DNA from: a virus
Taxonomy: Duplodnaviria > Caudoviricetes
Virus record (IMG/VR): IMGVR_UViG_3300013132_000058
Span: 1 to 57,556 of that record
Length of the DNA stretch: 57,556 nucleotides
Reading direction: 5' to 3' (one strand)
In this document: positions 9,852 through 18,884 of the stretch, in pieces
Layout of the letters: each line of letters opens with the position of its first letter
How positions within the stretch are numbered: position 1 is the first letter of the stretch
Notes under the pieces: generated by a model
What the model was told of the DNA's origin: nothing
The model's input: only the letters and a program-made list of their open reading frames with translations
Database searches by the model: none
Made by a program: the position numbers and the translations under genes

Positions 9852-12755
9852 ATGGCAACTTCAAACAGAGTTTTTGTATCCCCCGGTGTATATACATCAG
9901 AAAAAGATTTAACGTTTGTTGCACAAAGTATTGGTGTAACAACATTAGGAGTGGTAGGTGAAGCATTGAAAGGTCCTGCTTTTGAACCTATTTTGATTCG
10001 TGATTTCGACGAATTTAGGACATTTTTTGGTGGGACATCCATATTGAAAGATGGTGATGGTAATCCAAGATATGAATTATCATATGTTGCAAAATCATAT
10101 CTTCAAGAGTCAAATCAATTATTTGTAACAAGGATTTTAGGTCTCACAGGACATAAACCATATAGAACATATGGTATAACAACACTTGGTGGTTTAGAAC
10201 CTTCTCAAACAGGAACAACATCTATTGCTGCTTGGGAAAATAGTTTGTCGTCAAGTTCTACAGGTACAACCACTCCAACTGAATCAGGTATTACTGGTTC
10301 AACATTCTACTCATCATTGACGGGTAAAACATCGATTGATGGTACTTCAATGACAGAATACATTGTTCAGAATTTCAGTGGATTTACAACTGCCGACCAT
10401 AACAAATGGTTTGTAATTGGTTTAGTACCAACATCAGGAACTACAAGTTTAACTTCAACATTAGAGGAATTATCACCACTGACAGGATTGTACAATGATG
10501 ATAATACCAACGGTAAAGAATGGTATAATCAAATGTTTACCGATGCATTAACTGCAGTACATTCATATTTGTTTGTATATAATAGTGGAACGACATCATT
10601 TACAACTACAAGATATGTATATGATGCTTCTGTAAATACAGATTACGATGATATTGTGGTTGCTGCTTTAAGAAGTAGAGGTAGATATGTAAATGATGCA
10701 TTAATAAGAGAAGTAAGTGGTGCAACAAGTGTCACAGTATCTGACATTGATGACATTGGCTCAAATCCTCTTGGTGAATTTACATTAAGTGTCACAGGAG
10801 CTACTGGCGGAGAAAAAACGTTTACAACATCATTTGATAGTACATCTTCAAAATTCATTACTAAAGTTTTAGGTACTGATGTATTTGACAGGAATTATAG
10901 TGATTTTCCATTATATGTTCATGAAGTATATAACAATGAAATCGATAACTTATATGGTCTTGGACTCATTAGAGGTCTAAGTACGACCGTTACAACCAAT
11001 TTAGATGGTAATGACTTCTTAACTACTTGGAAGACATCATCGTCTCCTTATGTCGTTTCAGAAGTAAGGGGTAATAAAGTAAACAACTTATTCCAAGTTA
11101 TTACAATTTCAGATGGTGAATCTTCAAATTTCGATGTGAAGATTACAATACAAAACGTTGATTTAGAAAATAGTCAATTTGATGTATTAGTCAGAGACTA
11201 CAATGATACTGATGATAATATGGTTGTATTGGAGAGATATACAAGATGTTCATTAAACCCAACATTACCTGGTTATATTGCCAAAAAAATCGGTACATCT
11301 AATGGTGAATATGAATTGAAGTCAAAATACATCATGTTAAATATGGCTGATAATCATCCAACAGATGCAATTCCTGCTGGTTTCAAAGGTTATACAACAA
11401 ATGTTGATTTCGATACAAAAACTCTTGGTTCAATATCATATAAAACATCTTATTTATCTGCGGGTGATGTTGTTAAATATTTATCAAATGGTATACCCGT
11501 AATATCAAATGGTGACAAAGTAAGAAAAGTATCTCTAGGTTTTTCAACACAAGATGGATACAAATTTGATAGAGATTTACTGAAATATAAAGGTGTAAGT
11601 GCAACTGGAGTTACTCATGGATTCCATTTATCAACCAACGCATCTACAATCACTGGTAGTACATATGATGGTTATGAATTTAAAACAACTGAATATGATT
11701 TAGAAGGGACTAACAAAGGACTTTTAACAAGTATTGCTTACAGGAAATTCACATTTGTTACCGCTGGTGGTTTTGATGGATGGGACATTTATAGAGATGT
11801 AAGAACTTATTCGGATAGTTACATTTTTGGTAAATCACAATATGTATTAAATCATACAAATACTAATACTACAAATGGTGTGTTTGATAACACAACAGGT
11901 AATTCTGATTATTATTCATATCTACTAGGTATTCAAACATTTTCAAATCCAGAAGCGATTGACATCAATGTATTTGCGACTCCTGGTATCAATTTATCTG
12001 ACCATTCCTCTTTGACCCAACAATCAATCGACATGATTGAGACGGACAGAGCGGATTCACTCTATATCATCAATAGTAAAAATAGAAGTACTTCGGATGA
12101 TGTTATTGAAGACTTAGAAACAATTGATTTGGATTCTAATTATTCTGCAACATATTGGCCATGGATTCAAGTAAGAGATGAAGATAATGGAAGTCTTATC
12201 TATGTACCACCCACTTGTGAAGTAGTACGTAATATCGCACTTACTGATAACATTACTTATCCATGGTTTGCAGTAGCTGGTTATCAAAGAGGGTTGGTTA
12301 ATTCAGTCAAAGCATTTAAGAAGTTAACACTTGATGAAAGAGATGATTTGTATAATGCTAGAATCAATCCAATTGCAACCTTTGCAGATACTGGTACAAT
12401 CATTTGGGGTAACAAAACTCTACAGGTAAAAGAATCTGCGCTTGATAGAATTAACGTTAGAAGACTTCTTTTAAGAGCAAGAAAACTTATTTCGGCAGTT
12501 GCAATAAGATTGTTATTCGAACAAAATGATGAGCAAGTGAGAAATGAATTCCTAAGACTAGTCAATCCAATACTAGAATCAATCAAGAGAGAAAGAGGTT
12601 TATCTGAATTTAGAGTTACAGTATCGAATGATGTAGAAGACCTTGATGCAAATACATTGAGAGGTAAAATATACATTAAACCAATAAAATCGTTAGAATT
12701 TATTGATGTTGAATTTATTATTACTCCAACAGGAGCATCTTTTGAAAATATTTGA
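9852..12755 (+). CDS. contractile tail sheath protein (gp18-like)
   Basis: N-terminal VSPGVYTSEKDLTF and KGPAFEP; C-terminal PWFAVAGYQRG, RINPIATF, IWGNKTLQ, RINVRRLL, FEQNDEQVR and KPIKSLEFI. Confidence 0.95.
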   Translation: MATSNRVFVSPGVYTSEKDLTFVAQSIGVTTLGVVGEALKGPAFEPILIRDFDEFRTFFGGTSILKDGDGNPRYELSYVAKSYLQESNQLFVTRILGLTGHKPYRTYGITTLGGLEPSQTGTTSIAAWENSLSSSSTGTTTPTESGITGSTFYSSLTGKTSIDGTSMTEYIVQNFSGFTTADHNKWFVIGLVPTSGTTSLTSTLEELSPLTGLYNDDNTNGKEWYNQMFTDALTAVHSYLFVYNSGTTSFTTTRYVYDASVNTDYDDIVVAALRSRGRYVNDALIREVSGATSVTVSDIDDIGSNPLGEFTLSVTGATGGEKTFTTSFDSTSSKFITKVLGTDVFDRNYSDFPLYVHEVYNNEIDNLYGLGLIRGLSTTVTTNLDGNDFLTTWKTSSSPYVVSEVRGNKVNNLFQVITISDGESSNFDVKITIQNVDLENSQFDVLVRDYNDTDDNMVVLERYTRCSLNPTLPGYIAKKIGTSNGEYELKSKYIMLNMADNHPTDAIPAGFKGYTTNVDFDTKTLGSISYKTSYLSAGDVVKYLSNGIPVISNGDKVRKVSLGFSTQDGYKFDRDLLKYKGVSATGVTHGFHLSTNASTITGSTYDGYEFKTTEYDLEGTNKGLLTSIAYRKFTFVTAGGFDGWDIYRDVRTYSDSYIFGKSQYVLNHTNTNTTNGVFDNTTGNSDYYSYLLGIQTFSNPEAIDINVFATPGINLSDHSSLTQQSIDMIETDRADSLYIINSKNRSTSDDVIEDLETIDLDSNYSATYWPWIQVRDEDNGSLIYVPPTCEVVRNIALTDNITYPWFAVAGYQRGLVNSVKAFKKLTLDERDDLYNARINPIATFADTGTIIWGNKTLQVKESALDRINVRRLLLRARKLISAVAIRLLFEQNDEQVRNEFLRLVNPILESIKRERGLSEFRVTVSNDVEDLDANTLRGKIYIKPIKSLEFIDVEFIITPTGASFENI

Positions 12756-12771
12756 TTCCTAATTTTTCATC

Positions 12772-12807
12772 AAAAAACCCTCTTAATTAATTTTAAGGGG
12801 GTTTTTT
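12772..12807. terminator. bidirectional rho-independent terminator
   Basis: AAAAAACCCTCTTAA...TTAAGGGGGTTTTTT stem with A and T tails, between the sheath gene (+) and the convergent LDT-like gene (-). Confidence 0.8.
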
Positions 12808-12828
12808 ATTTATTTTTATTATATTTAC

Positions 12829-12924
12829 ATGTATAGAACTTTTAATAACTATCAAATATATTTTACCATGGACATAAAATTAAATTGTGAACATTGTAAT
12901 AAACAATTCATTGTCGTTCAATGA
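12829..12924 (+). pseudogene. short CxxC zinc-ribbon fragment, possible homing-endonuclease remnant
   Basis: MYRTFNNYQIYFTMDIKLNCEHCNKQFIVVQ-TGA, preceded by TATATTTAC; only one CxxC pair is present. Confidence 0.3.
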
Positions 12925-12940
12925 AATTTGAAATGTTACT

Positions 12941-13621
12941 TTAAGGTTGAACAAATAATTTTGTTCCGACATTTATTGTTGAAAGTAAATCCAATATACC
13001 ATTATTTGATATTCTAATACAACCTCCAGATGCTTTTCTACCTAATTGTTTTTCTCAATTTGTTCCGTGTATATATATACCTCTTGAAAATACATTCTTA
13101 TTGCATTCTTCATATCCCTGTAATACCAATATTCCTGTCAAAACTTCAGCTTTATGTAAATGTCCTTCTTCGTCTTTTCTAGTACTATCAATATTTGGTC
13201 CTAATACACTATTAATGGGTCTTTTACCAACCAATACTTGGTATTTTTTTGGTGATTTTATTTTATCTGACACTTTCATTAATCCAGGATTTGTGAGAAA
13301 TGAATTACTTGAACTTCCAAATCCATTGGCTCCAGTAGAAATTTTATATTGTCTTGTTAAACTTACACCATTATTGGTATAAAATAATGTTTGTGTTGGA
13401 CCCCAAACTATTAATAATGGTTCATTCTTTTTAATTTTATTATTCTTTAATAGAATACTATATACATCTTTCCAACTTTTTGCGTTCTTAGTGAATTTAG
13501 TACTACACTCTTCATTAGAAAAAAAACTTTTTATTTTACCGGTAACACGGTCTATAAAACCTTGTTCAGATAATAAGGTTACTAATTTATCTATTTGTTT
13601 TTCAGTAAGAATAATTTTCAT
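12941..13621 (-). CDS. L,D-transpeptidase (YkuD) family protein interrupted by an in-frame TGA at 13055-13057 (readthrough or pseudogene)
   Basis: YKISTGANGFG..S..TNPG, then RGIYIHGTN-TGA-EKQLGRKASGGCIRISNNGILDLLSTINVGTKLFVQP-TAA(12941). The His...S-x-G-C catalytic motif is complete only if the TGA is read through. Start ATG at 13621 (MKIILTEKQ). Confidence 0.8.
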
Positions 13622-13652
13622 ACTAATAAATATCAAAAAAAAAATTACCCAG

Positions 13653-13750
13653 TATACTAGAACTAGTTTTTTAGTTATTTTCTATTATTATTTTTTTAAA
13701 TTTTATATATTAATTATTAGATATTACTTCTAGTTCTAAGTACTAGTATA
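13653..13750. repeat. CTAG-rich imperfect inverted repeat flanking an AT-rich spacer (candidate replication origin or operator)
   Basis: TATACTAGAACTAG (13653-13666) versus CTAGTTCTAAGTACTAGTATA (13730-13750), around about 63 nt of nearly pure A/T. Confidence 0.5.
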
Positions 13751-13898
13751 GAAAAAATACGAATTTTTTCCGAGAAAATCAATAGGTTGAGACAAATTTT
13801 TTTCATAAACATAAATTTTTTAATACTTTCAATATTTTTTTTATTGTCTAAGTGTTTTTTTTTATAAGGTGATATTTATTTGTAAATATAATACTAAC

Positions 13899-14387
13899 AT
13901 GGCGGACTTACTAATGAAAATGCCCCTCCCTTACGAACCCAAAAGAAAAAATAGGTTTATATTAAGGTTTCCATCATCATTGGGGATAAATGAATGGTAT
14001 GTTTTTTCAACAAGCAGACCAACAGCAAAAATTAAATCAGTTGAAATACCTTTTCTTAATACATCAACATACGTTGCAGGTAGATTCGATTGGGAAGAAA
14101 TTAAAGTTCAATTTAAAGACCCCATAGGACCTTCTGCATCACAAGCATTAATGGAATGGTTTCGTTTACATGCGGAATCCGTGACAGGTAGAATGGGTTA
14201 CGCAGCAGGATACAAGAAAGATGTTGAACTTGAAATGCTCGACCCAACAGGTGTTGTAGTTGAAAAATGGATTCTTCAAGGATGTTTCTTAACTGGCTTG
14301 AATTTTGGTGACTTGAACTATAGCCAAGATGAATTAGCTACAATTGATGCATCTCTTAGAATGGACCGTTGTATACAAGTATACTAG
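13899..14387 (+). CDS. tail tube protein (gp19-like)
   Basis: YEPKRKNRF, YVAGRFDWEEI, YKKDVELEMLDPTGVVVEKWILQGCF, FGDLNY, LRMDRC; it follows the sheath gene. ATG 13899. Confidence 0.9.
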   Translation: MADLLMKMPLPYEPKRKNRFILRFPSSLGINEWYVFSTSRPTAKIKSVEIPFLNTSTYVAGRFDWEEIKVQFKDPIGPSASQALMEWFRLHAESVTGRMGYAAGYKKDVELEMLDPTGVVVEKWILQGCFLTGLNFGDLNYSQDELATIDASLRMDRCIQVY

Positions 14388-14439
14388 TATTTATTACATA
14401 TCTTTTGTAACCAAAAGAAAATTCTATTTACAATTTAAT

Positions 14440-14474
14440 AAAATTCCCATATATTTTTTATGGGAATTTTTTTT
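14440..14474 (+). terminator. rho-independent terminator after the tail tube gene
   Basis: AAAATTCCCATA-loop-TATGGGAATTTT followed by a T run. Confidence 0.75.
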
Positions 14475-14491
14475 ATTTAAAACTAAATATT

Positions 14492-14890
14492 ATGTCTACA
14501 ATTATGTATCATGCAATAGAACCATTAATGGAAAATAGATTTTTAATTGAATTAAATGGTAGTGACGTACCTTCATATACTTTCAGAGAATATGAGTTAT
14601 ATAATGAAGGTAATGATTTTATATTTAAAACAAAATTTTATGAAAATGTCAATTATACTTTTAATCCAAAAAGTATATTTGATATTACAAGTGTAAATAT
14701 TAAATATTTGGACCCCGTTGGTGACATTGTTAATGGTTTGACTTTTAAAGTTAAGGGTATAAATTTCAATAGAAAACAATCTTATTCAAACAGTGAATTA
14801 CAAATTAATGAAATAAAAATTCTTGTTGATGTAGAGTCTATGACACCGTATTATCATGCTAATAAAGAAGAAAATACTGAAAAAAAATAA
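14492..14890 (+). CDS. divergent tail-tube-like paralog
   Basis: EPLMENRFLIE aligns with tube EPKRKNRFILR, KYLDPVGDIV with EMLDPTGVVV, and SYSNSEL with NYSQDEL. Confidence 0.6.
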   Translation: MSTIMYHAIEPLMENRFLIELNGSDVPSYTFREYELYNEGNDFIFKTKFYENVNYTFNPKSIFDITSVNIKYLDPVGDIVNGLTFKVKGINFNRKQSYSNSELQINEIKILVDVESMTPYYHANKEENTEKK

Positions 14891-14893
14891 AAT

Positions 14894-15643
14894 ATGGAAG
14901 AATTAAGAGTTGACCCAACAATACAATATGATGTTGTTGAATTACCGAGTAAAGGAATTTATTATCAAAACAATAAAAAATCAGTTAGGGTTGCCTATTT
15001 GACCGCATCAGATGAAAATGTATTATCATCACCCAATATAATTAATACAAGTAATGTAATAGATGAATTATTGAAAAGAAAAATTTTAGATAAAGATATT
15101 AATTATGATGAAATTGTTGATAGAGATAAAGAAGCAATATTAATTTTTTTAAGAAATACTGCATTCGGTTCTGAATATAAAGTAAAATTAACTGACCCAG
15201 AAACTAATGAGTTTTTTTATGATAATATTGATTTAAGCACATTAAATTACAAGGATTTTAAATTGGAGGCAGATATAAATGGAGAATATAAATTTTTCAT
15301 GCCAAAATCAAAAATTGATATTACATTTAAATTTTTGACCAAAAAACAAGAAAAAGAACTTGAGAATATAAAAAATAATTGGAATGGTAATGATGTTGCA
15401 CCCTTGGTAACAAAAAGATTGGAAATGATGATAAAATCTGTTGCGGGTGTTAGGGACCAAATGAATATTAGAAATTTTGTATTGAATTTACCTATAGTAG
15501 ATTCTCAAGAGTTTAGGAAATTTGTTAATGAACATGAACCTGGACTTGATTTAAAAAGAAAAGCAAAAGCCCCATCAGGAGAAGAGGTCGATTATGTAAT
15601 CGGCTTTGGGGTTGAATTTTTTCGAGTTTTCTACGGATTATAA
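14894..15643 (+). CDS. tail/baseplate assembly chaperone (T4 gp26-like)
   Basis: VVELPSKGIYY, YLTASDENVL, DKEAILIFLRNTAFG, DSQEFRKFV..EPGLD and a C-terminal FGVEFF; located between tube and tape measure genes. Confidence 0.75.
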   Translation: MEELRVDPTIQYDVVELPSKGIYYQNNKKSVRVAYLTASDENVLSSPNIINTSNVIDELLKRKILDKDINYDEIVDRDKEAILIFLRNTAFGSEYKVKLTDPETNEFFYDNIDLSTLNYKDFKLEADINGEYKFFMPKSKIDITFKFLTKKQEKELENIKNNWNGNDVAPLVTKRLEMMIKSVAGVRDQMNIRNFVLNLPIVDSQEFRKFVNEHEPGLDLKRKAKAPSGEEVDYVIGFGVEFFRVFYGL

Positions 15644-15770
15644 AAAAACACAATTATCAGAAATTTTCTTTCTGATAAGAAAGGGGTTCTCATATGGTGA
15701 TATCATATCTATGCCGATATTTGAAAGAAGGTGGTTTATCGAATACATCATGGAAATAGAAAATAAATAA
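15612..15770 (+). CDS. second tail-chaperone segment (gp51/GT-like) in the +1 frame, probably reached by frameshift
   Basis: The +1 frame is open from 15600 to 15770: ...FFEFSTDYKKTQLSEIFFLIRKGFSYGDIISMPIFERRWFIEYIMEIENK-TAA. No ATG lies at its 5' end (only TTG at 15606/15612). Not in the ORF track. Confidence 0.65.
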   Translation: MNFFEFSTDYKKTQLSEIFFLIRKGFSYGDIISMPIFERRWFIEYIMEIENK

Positions 15771-15786
15771 TTGTCTATTTATTTGT

Positions 15787-18700
15787 ATGGCAAGGTCAAA
15801 AACACTACAGCAACATGCAATTAATTCTTCAAATTTTTCTGACTATCTTCGTAGAGTATCAAATGATGGTTATGATGTAAATGATAGAGGAGAAGCTGAC
15901 CAAATTTTTTCAGTTTGGGCACAAAGAGAAGGTCCATCTAGAGGTAATCAACCTAATAATAATGATACAAAATCATTTAGTAATATATTGAGTGCATTCC
16001 GAAGTAATGCACAATTCACATCTATTGAACAAGAAAATATCAAGGTTGATAAATTTGTGGAGTCATTCATGGGTATTATTAAACAACCAAAAAAAGTAAA
16101 TATTTTTACTCAGCCATCAGAAATTATAAAACAATTGATTCAATCTTCTTTTATAGAACTTGTAAATCAATTAGAAATATATTATAGAGAACAATCAGCA
16201 TTAAGAACCGCAATAAATAAAGATGCTGGTCTAAATTTTCAATTTGCAGAATCTTATAGAAAAACACTAACTGACGCAAGTCCAAAACTATTACAATATG
16301 GTATTAGTTTTAAAGATTTGGCAGAAACATCAGTTGCATTAGTAAAAAATACTGGTCGTTTTTATACACTTAATGAAACTTCAATTATTAGAGCTGCACA
16401 AGTTTCAGGTGCATATATGGATTCTATGTATGATATGACGACATTACTACCTGCATTTGAAAAAATTGGTATTGGAGCAACAGAAGCAATGGAAAGTATT
16501 GCAAGAGCGGGTAAGGATTCTATTTCTTTAGGTTTAAGGGCACAAAATGTCACCAAACAAGTCGGGGCAAACATTGACAAATTAAATCAATATGGATTTA
16601 AAAATGGTGTCGATGGTCTTACAAAAATGGTTCAAAAATCCATAGAATTTAGAATGTCGATGGAAGAAGTTTATAAAATTGCGGATAAGGTAATGTCTCC
16701 TGAAGGTGCAATAGAATTATCTGCGAATTTACAAGTTTTAGGTGGTGCCATCGGTGCGTTTAATGACCCTATGCAGTTGATGTATATGGCAACTAACAAT
16801 GTTGAAGGATTACAAGATGCATTAATTCAAGCATCTTCTAATTTGGCTACATACAATCAAGAACAACAACGTTTTGAGATTACAGGTGTCAACTTACGTT
16901 ATGCTAAACAAATGGCAGCAGACTTAGGTGTGACGTATAATGATTTAGCACAAGGTGCAATTGCAGCTGCAGAAAAAAGTTCAGCTGCATCTGATTTATT
17001 GAGAGCAGGATTAATATTGGATGATGAAGATAAAGAGTTTATTACCAATATTTCTAAGATGAAAGATGGAAAAATGGTAATTGACGTAAGTAATTCAACT
17101 AAATTACAAGAATTTTTTGGTGGAACTTCGGTTGCACTTGAAAATTTGGACCAAGCACAAGTTGAAATGATAAAACAATATAGAAGTCAATTAACTAAGA
17201 AAACAGAAGAAGAAATTATATTTAATCAATATACAAGTATAACAAATATTGAAAACTCAGTGAATTCAATTGCAGCTCGATTGAGAACTACTGCTGGTAG
17301 GGGTTTGGAAAATATTGTGATGGATAAGGGTATGCGAAAATTGATGGAAACGTTTGGAATGGAAATCGACGAAAATAGACCAGTAACCGAAGAAATTACC
17401 TCTAAATTGACTAGTCTTGTAAATAGTTTAAATGATAAACAACTTAGATATTATGAATTAGATAAAGAAGTTATAAATCGTTTTAAAAAAGAAATAGAAT
17501 CTTATGAAGATGCACTTGGATTAAAAAAAGAAAGCAGTACAGAAACCAAACCAGTAACTCCCCAAAAACAAAGTACACCCACTAAAATTGAACCTAAGAA
17601 AGAAGGCGAAAATGCATATGATAAATTTAAAGATAATATCTCAAATAACATTAGCATTATGACAGGTTTAATAAATAGTGCGTTTGGTAAAATATCAGAT
17701 GCATATAATAGTATGTCCGATAGACTTTTTTCGGTAAATAAGGATTCGAAGAATCACTTATCAAGTATAGACGGAAATATCAAAACGTTAGTTGATAAAT
17801 CAAATACAAATGTAACAGCTAAAGTTAATAGTAAAAATTCATCATCACCTATAGTTACAACAGAAAATGATGATTTGGCAAAATTAGTATCTTATTTATC
17901 ATATGAAGATTATACAATATATACATATTTAAAAGAAATAAGTAATTCATTTAAATCATATGCTGAAAATACATCATATAAAACATCAGAAATAAAAGAA
18001 ACAAAACCCAAAAAAGAAAAAGCAGAATTATTTTTTGATAAAGGATATAAAGCACCTGTACAAAAACGAAAAGTAAATGACGAAAATGTTGATAAAAAAA
18101 ATAATGAAGAAACAATAACAGGACCTTTTAAAAATGTTTCTAATATAGAATCTAATAGTGATAAAACTATTCAACCACCAAAAATTGAACAAAACCTATT
18201 AACTAAAAATATTACTGAAATTCTAAATAATATTAGTAGTTTGAATACTGAAGGAAATAGTAGTTTGAAATCATTATATGATTTATCTAAAGAATCAAAT
18301 AATATTTTATCCAATATACAAAAAAATACATTACCCAAAATTGATACCGATAAAACACTTTTAAGACAAGACACACTTGTAACTGAAAAAATAGTCAGTC
18401 AACCAAACACACCACAAACAGATTTAATATCTAATTTATTTCCAATTATACAAAATATAAGAGATGATATTTCAGATATTTTAAATTCTAATATACTTTC
18501 TGAAGGAAAACTATACGACATTAACAATCAGATGGATTTATCTATAAAAAATAATGAAAAAAATAATATAGTTATAAGTCAACCAAATGTAATTGAATAT
18601 AACAAAATAGGTAACCAAATTTTTACACAACTTGTAGATGTAATGTCAAAACCTAATCCGACTGAAAAAACAGATAAAACAATTACAGTAAGACATATAC

Positions 18701-18837
18701 ACGAACACCAACATATTGTAAAATCTCCGGCAATGGAAGATGCACTAGCAAGATATATTACTAGATTTCCGAATTTTTTTAGAGAGTCACAATCTATGGA
18801 TGAGAGAAGTTATACAAATACTGAGATAATAACATAA
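15787..18837 (+). CDS. tape measure protein (putative)
   Basis: 1016 aa with a helical Ala/Gln-rich core (EGAIELSANLQVLGG, DPMQLMYMA) and a low-complexity C-terminal half, in the canonical position after the chaperones. Confidence 0.75.
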   Translation: MARSKTLQQHAINSSNFSDYLRRVSNDGYDVNDRGEADQIFSVWAQREGPSRGNQPNNNDTKSFSNILSAFRSNAQFTSIEQENIKVDKFVESFMGIIKQPKKVNIFTQPSEIIKQLIQSSFIELVNQLEIYYREQSALRTAINKDAGLNFQFAESYRKTLTDASPKLLQYGISFKDLAETSVALVKNTGRFYTLNETSIIRAAQVSGAYMDSMYDMTTLLPAFEKIGIGATEAMESIARAGKDSISLGLRAQNVTKQVGANIDKLNQYGFKNGVDGLTKMVQKSIEFRMSMEEVYKIADKVMSPEGAIELSANLQVLGGAIGAFNDPMQLMYMATNNVEGLQDALIQASSNLATYNQEQQRFEITGVNLRYAKQMAADLGVTYNDLAQGAIAAAEKSSAASDLLRAGLILDDEDKEFITNISKMKDGKMVIDVSNSTKLQEFFGGTSVALENLDQAQVEMIKQYRSQLTKKTEEEIIFNQYTSITNIENSVNSIAARLRTTAGRGLENIVMDKGMRKLMETFGMEIDENRPVTEEITSKLTSLVNSLNDKQLRYYELDKEVINRFKKEIESYEDALGLKKESSTETKPVTPQKQSTPTKIEPKKEGENAYDKFKDNISNNISIMTGLINSAFGKISDAYNSMSDRLFSVNKDSKNHLSSIDGNIKTLVDKSNTNVTAKVNSKNSSSPIVTTENDDLAKLVSYLSYEDYTIYTYLKEISNSFKSYAENTSYKTSEIKETKPKKEKAELFFDKGYKAPVQKRKVNDENVDKKNNEETITGPFKNVSNIESNSDKTIQPPKIEQNLLTKNITEILNNISSLNTEGNSSLKSLYDLSKESNNILSNIQKNTLPKIDTDKTLLRQDTLVTEKIVSQPNTPQTDLISNLFPIIQNIRDDISDILNSNILSEGKLYDINNQMDLSIKNNEKNNIVISQPNVIEYNKIGNQIFTQLVDVMSKPNPTEKTDKTITVRHIHEHQHIVKSPAMEDALARYITRFPNFFRESQSMDERSYTNTEIIT

Positions 18838-18884
18838 GCATAATTAATTTTTTTTGTTGCTCTATTTATTATTAAAACATTTGA

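Noticed and set aside
13491-13733. 80-aa plus-strand ORF across the LDT-like start and the inverted repeat
   Set aside because: Antisense to a real gene, with an F/Y/I-rich tail that only reflects AT-rich non-coding DNA.
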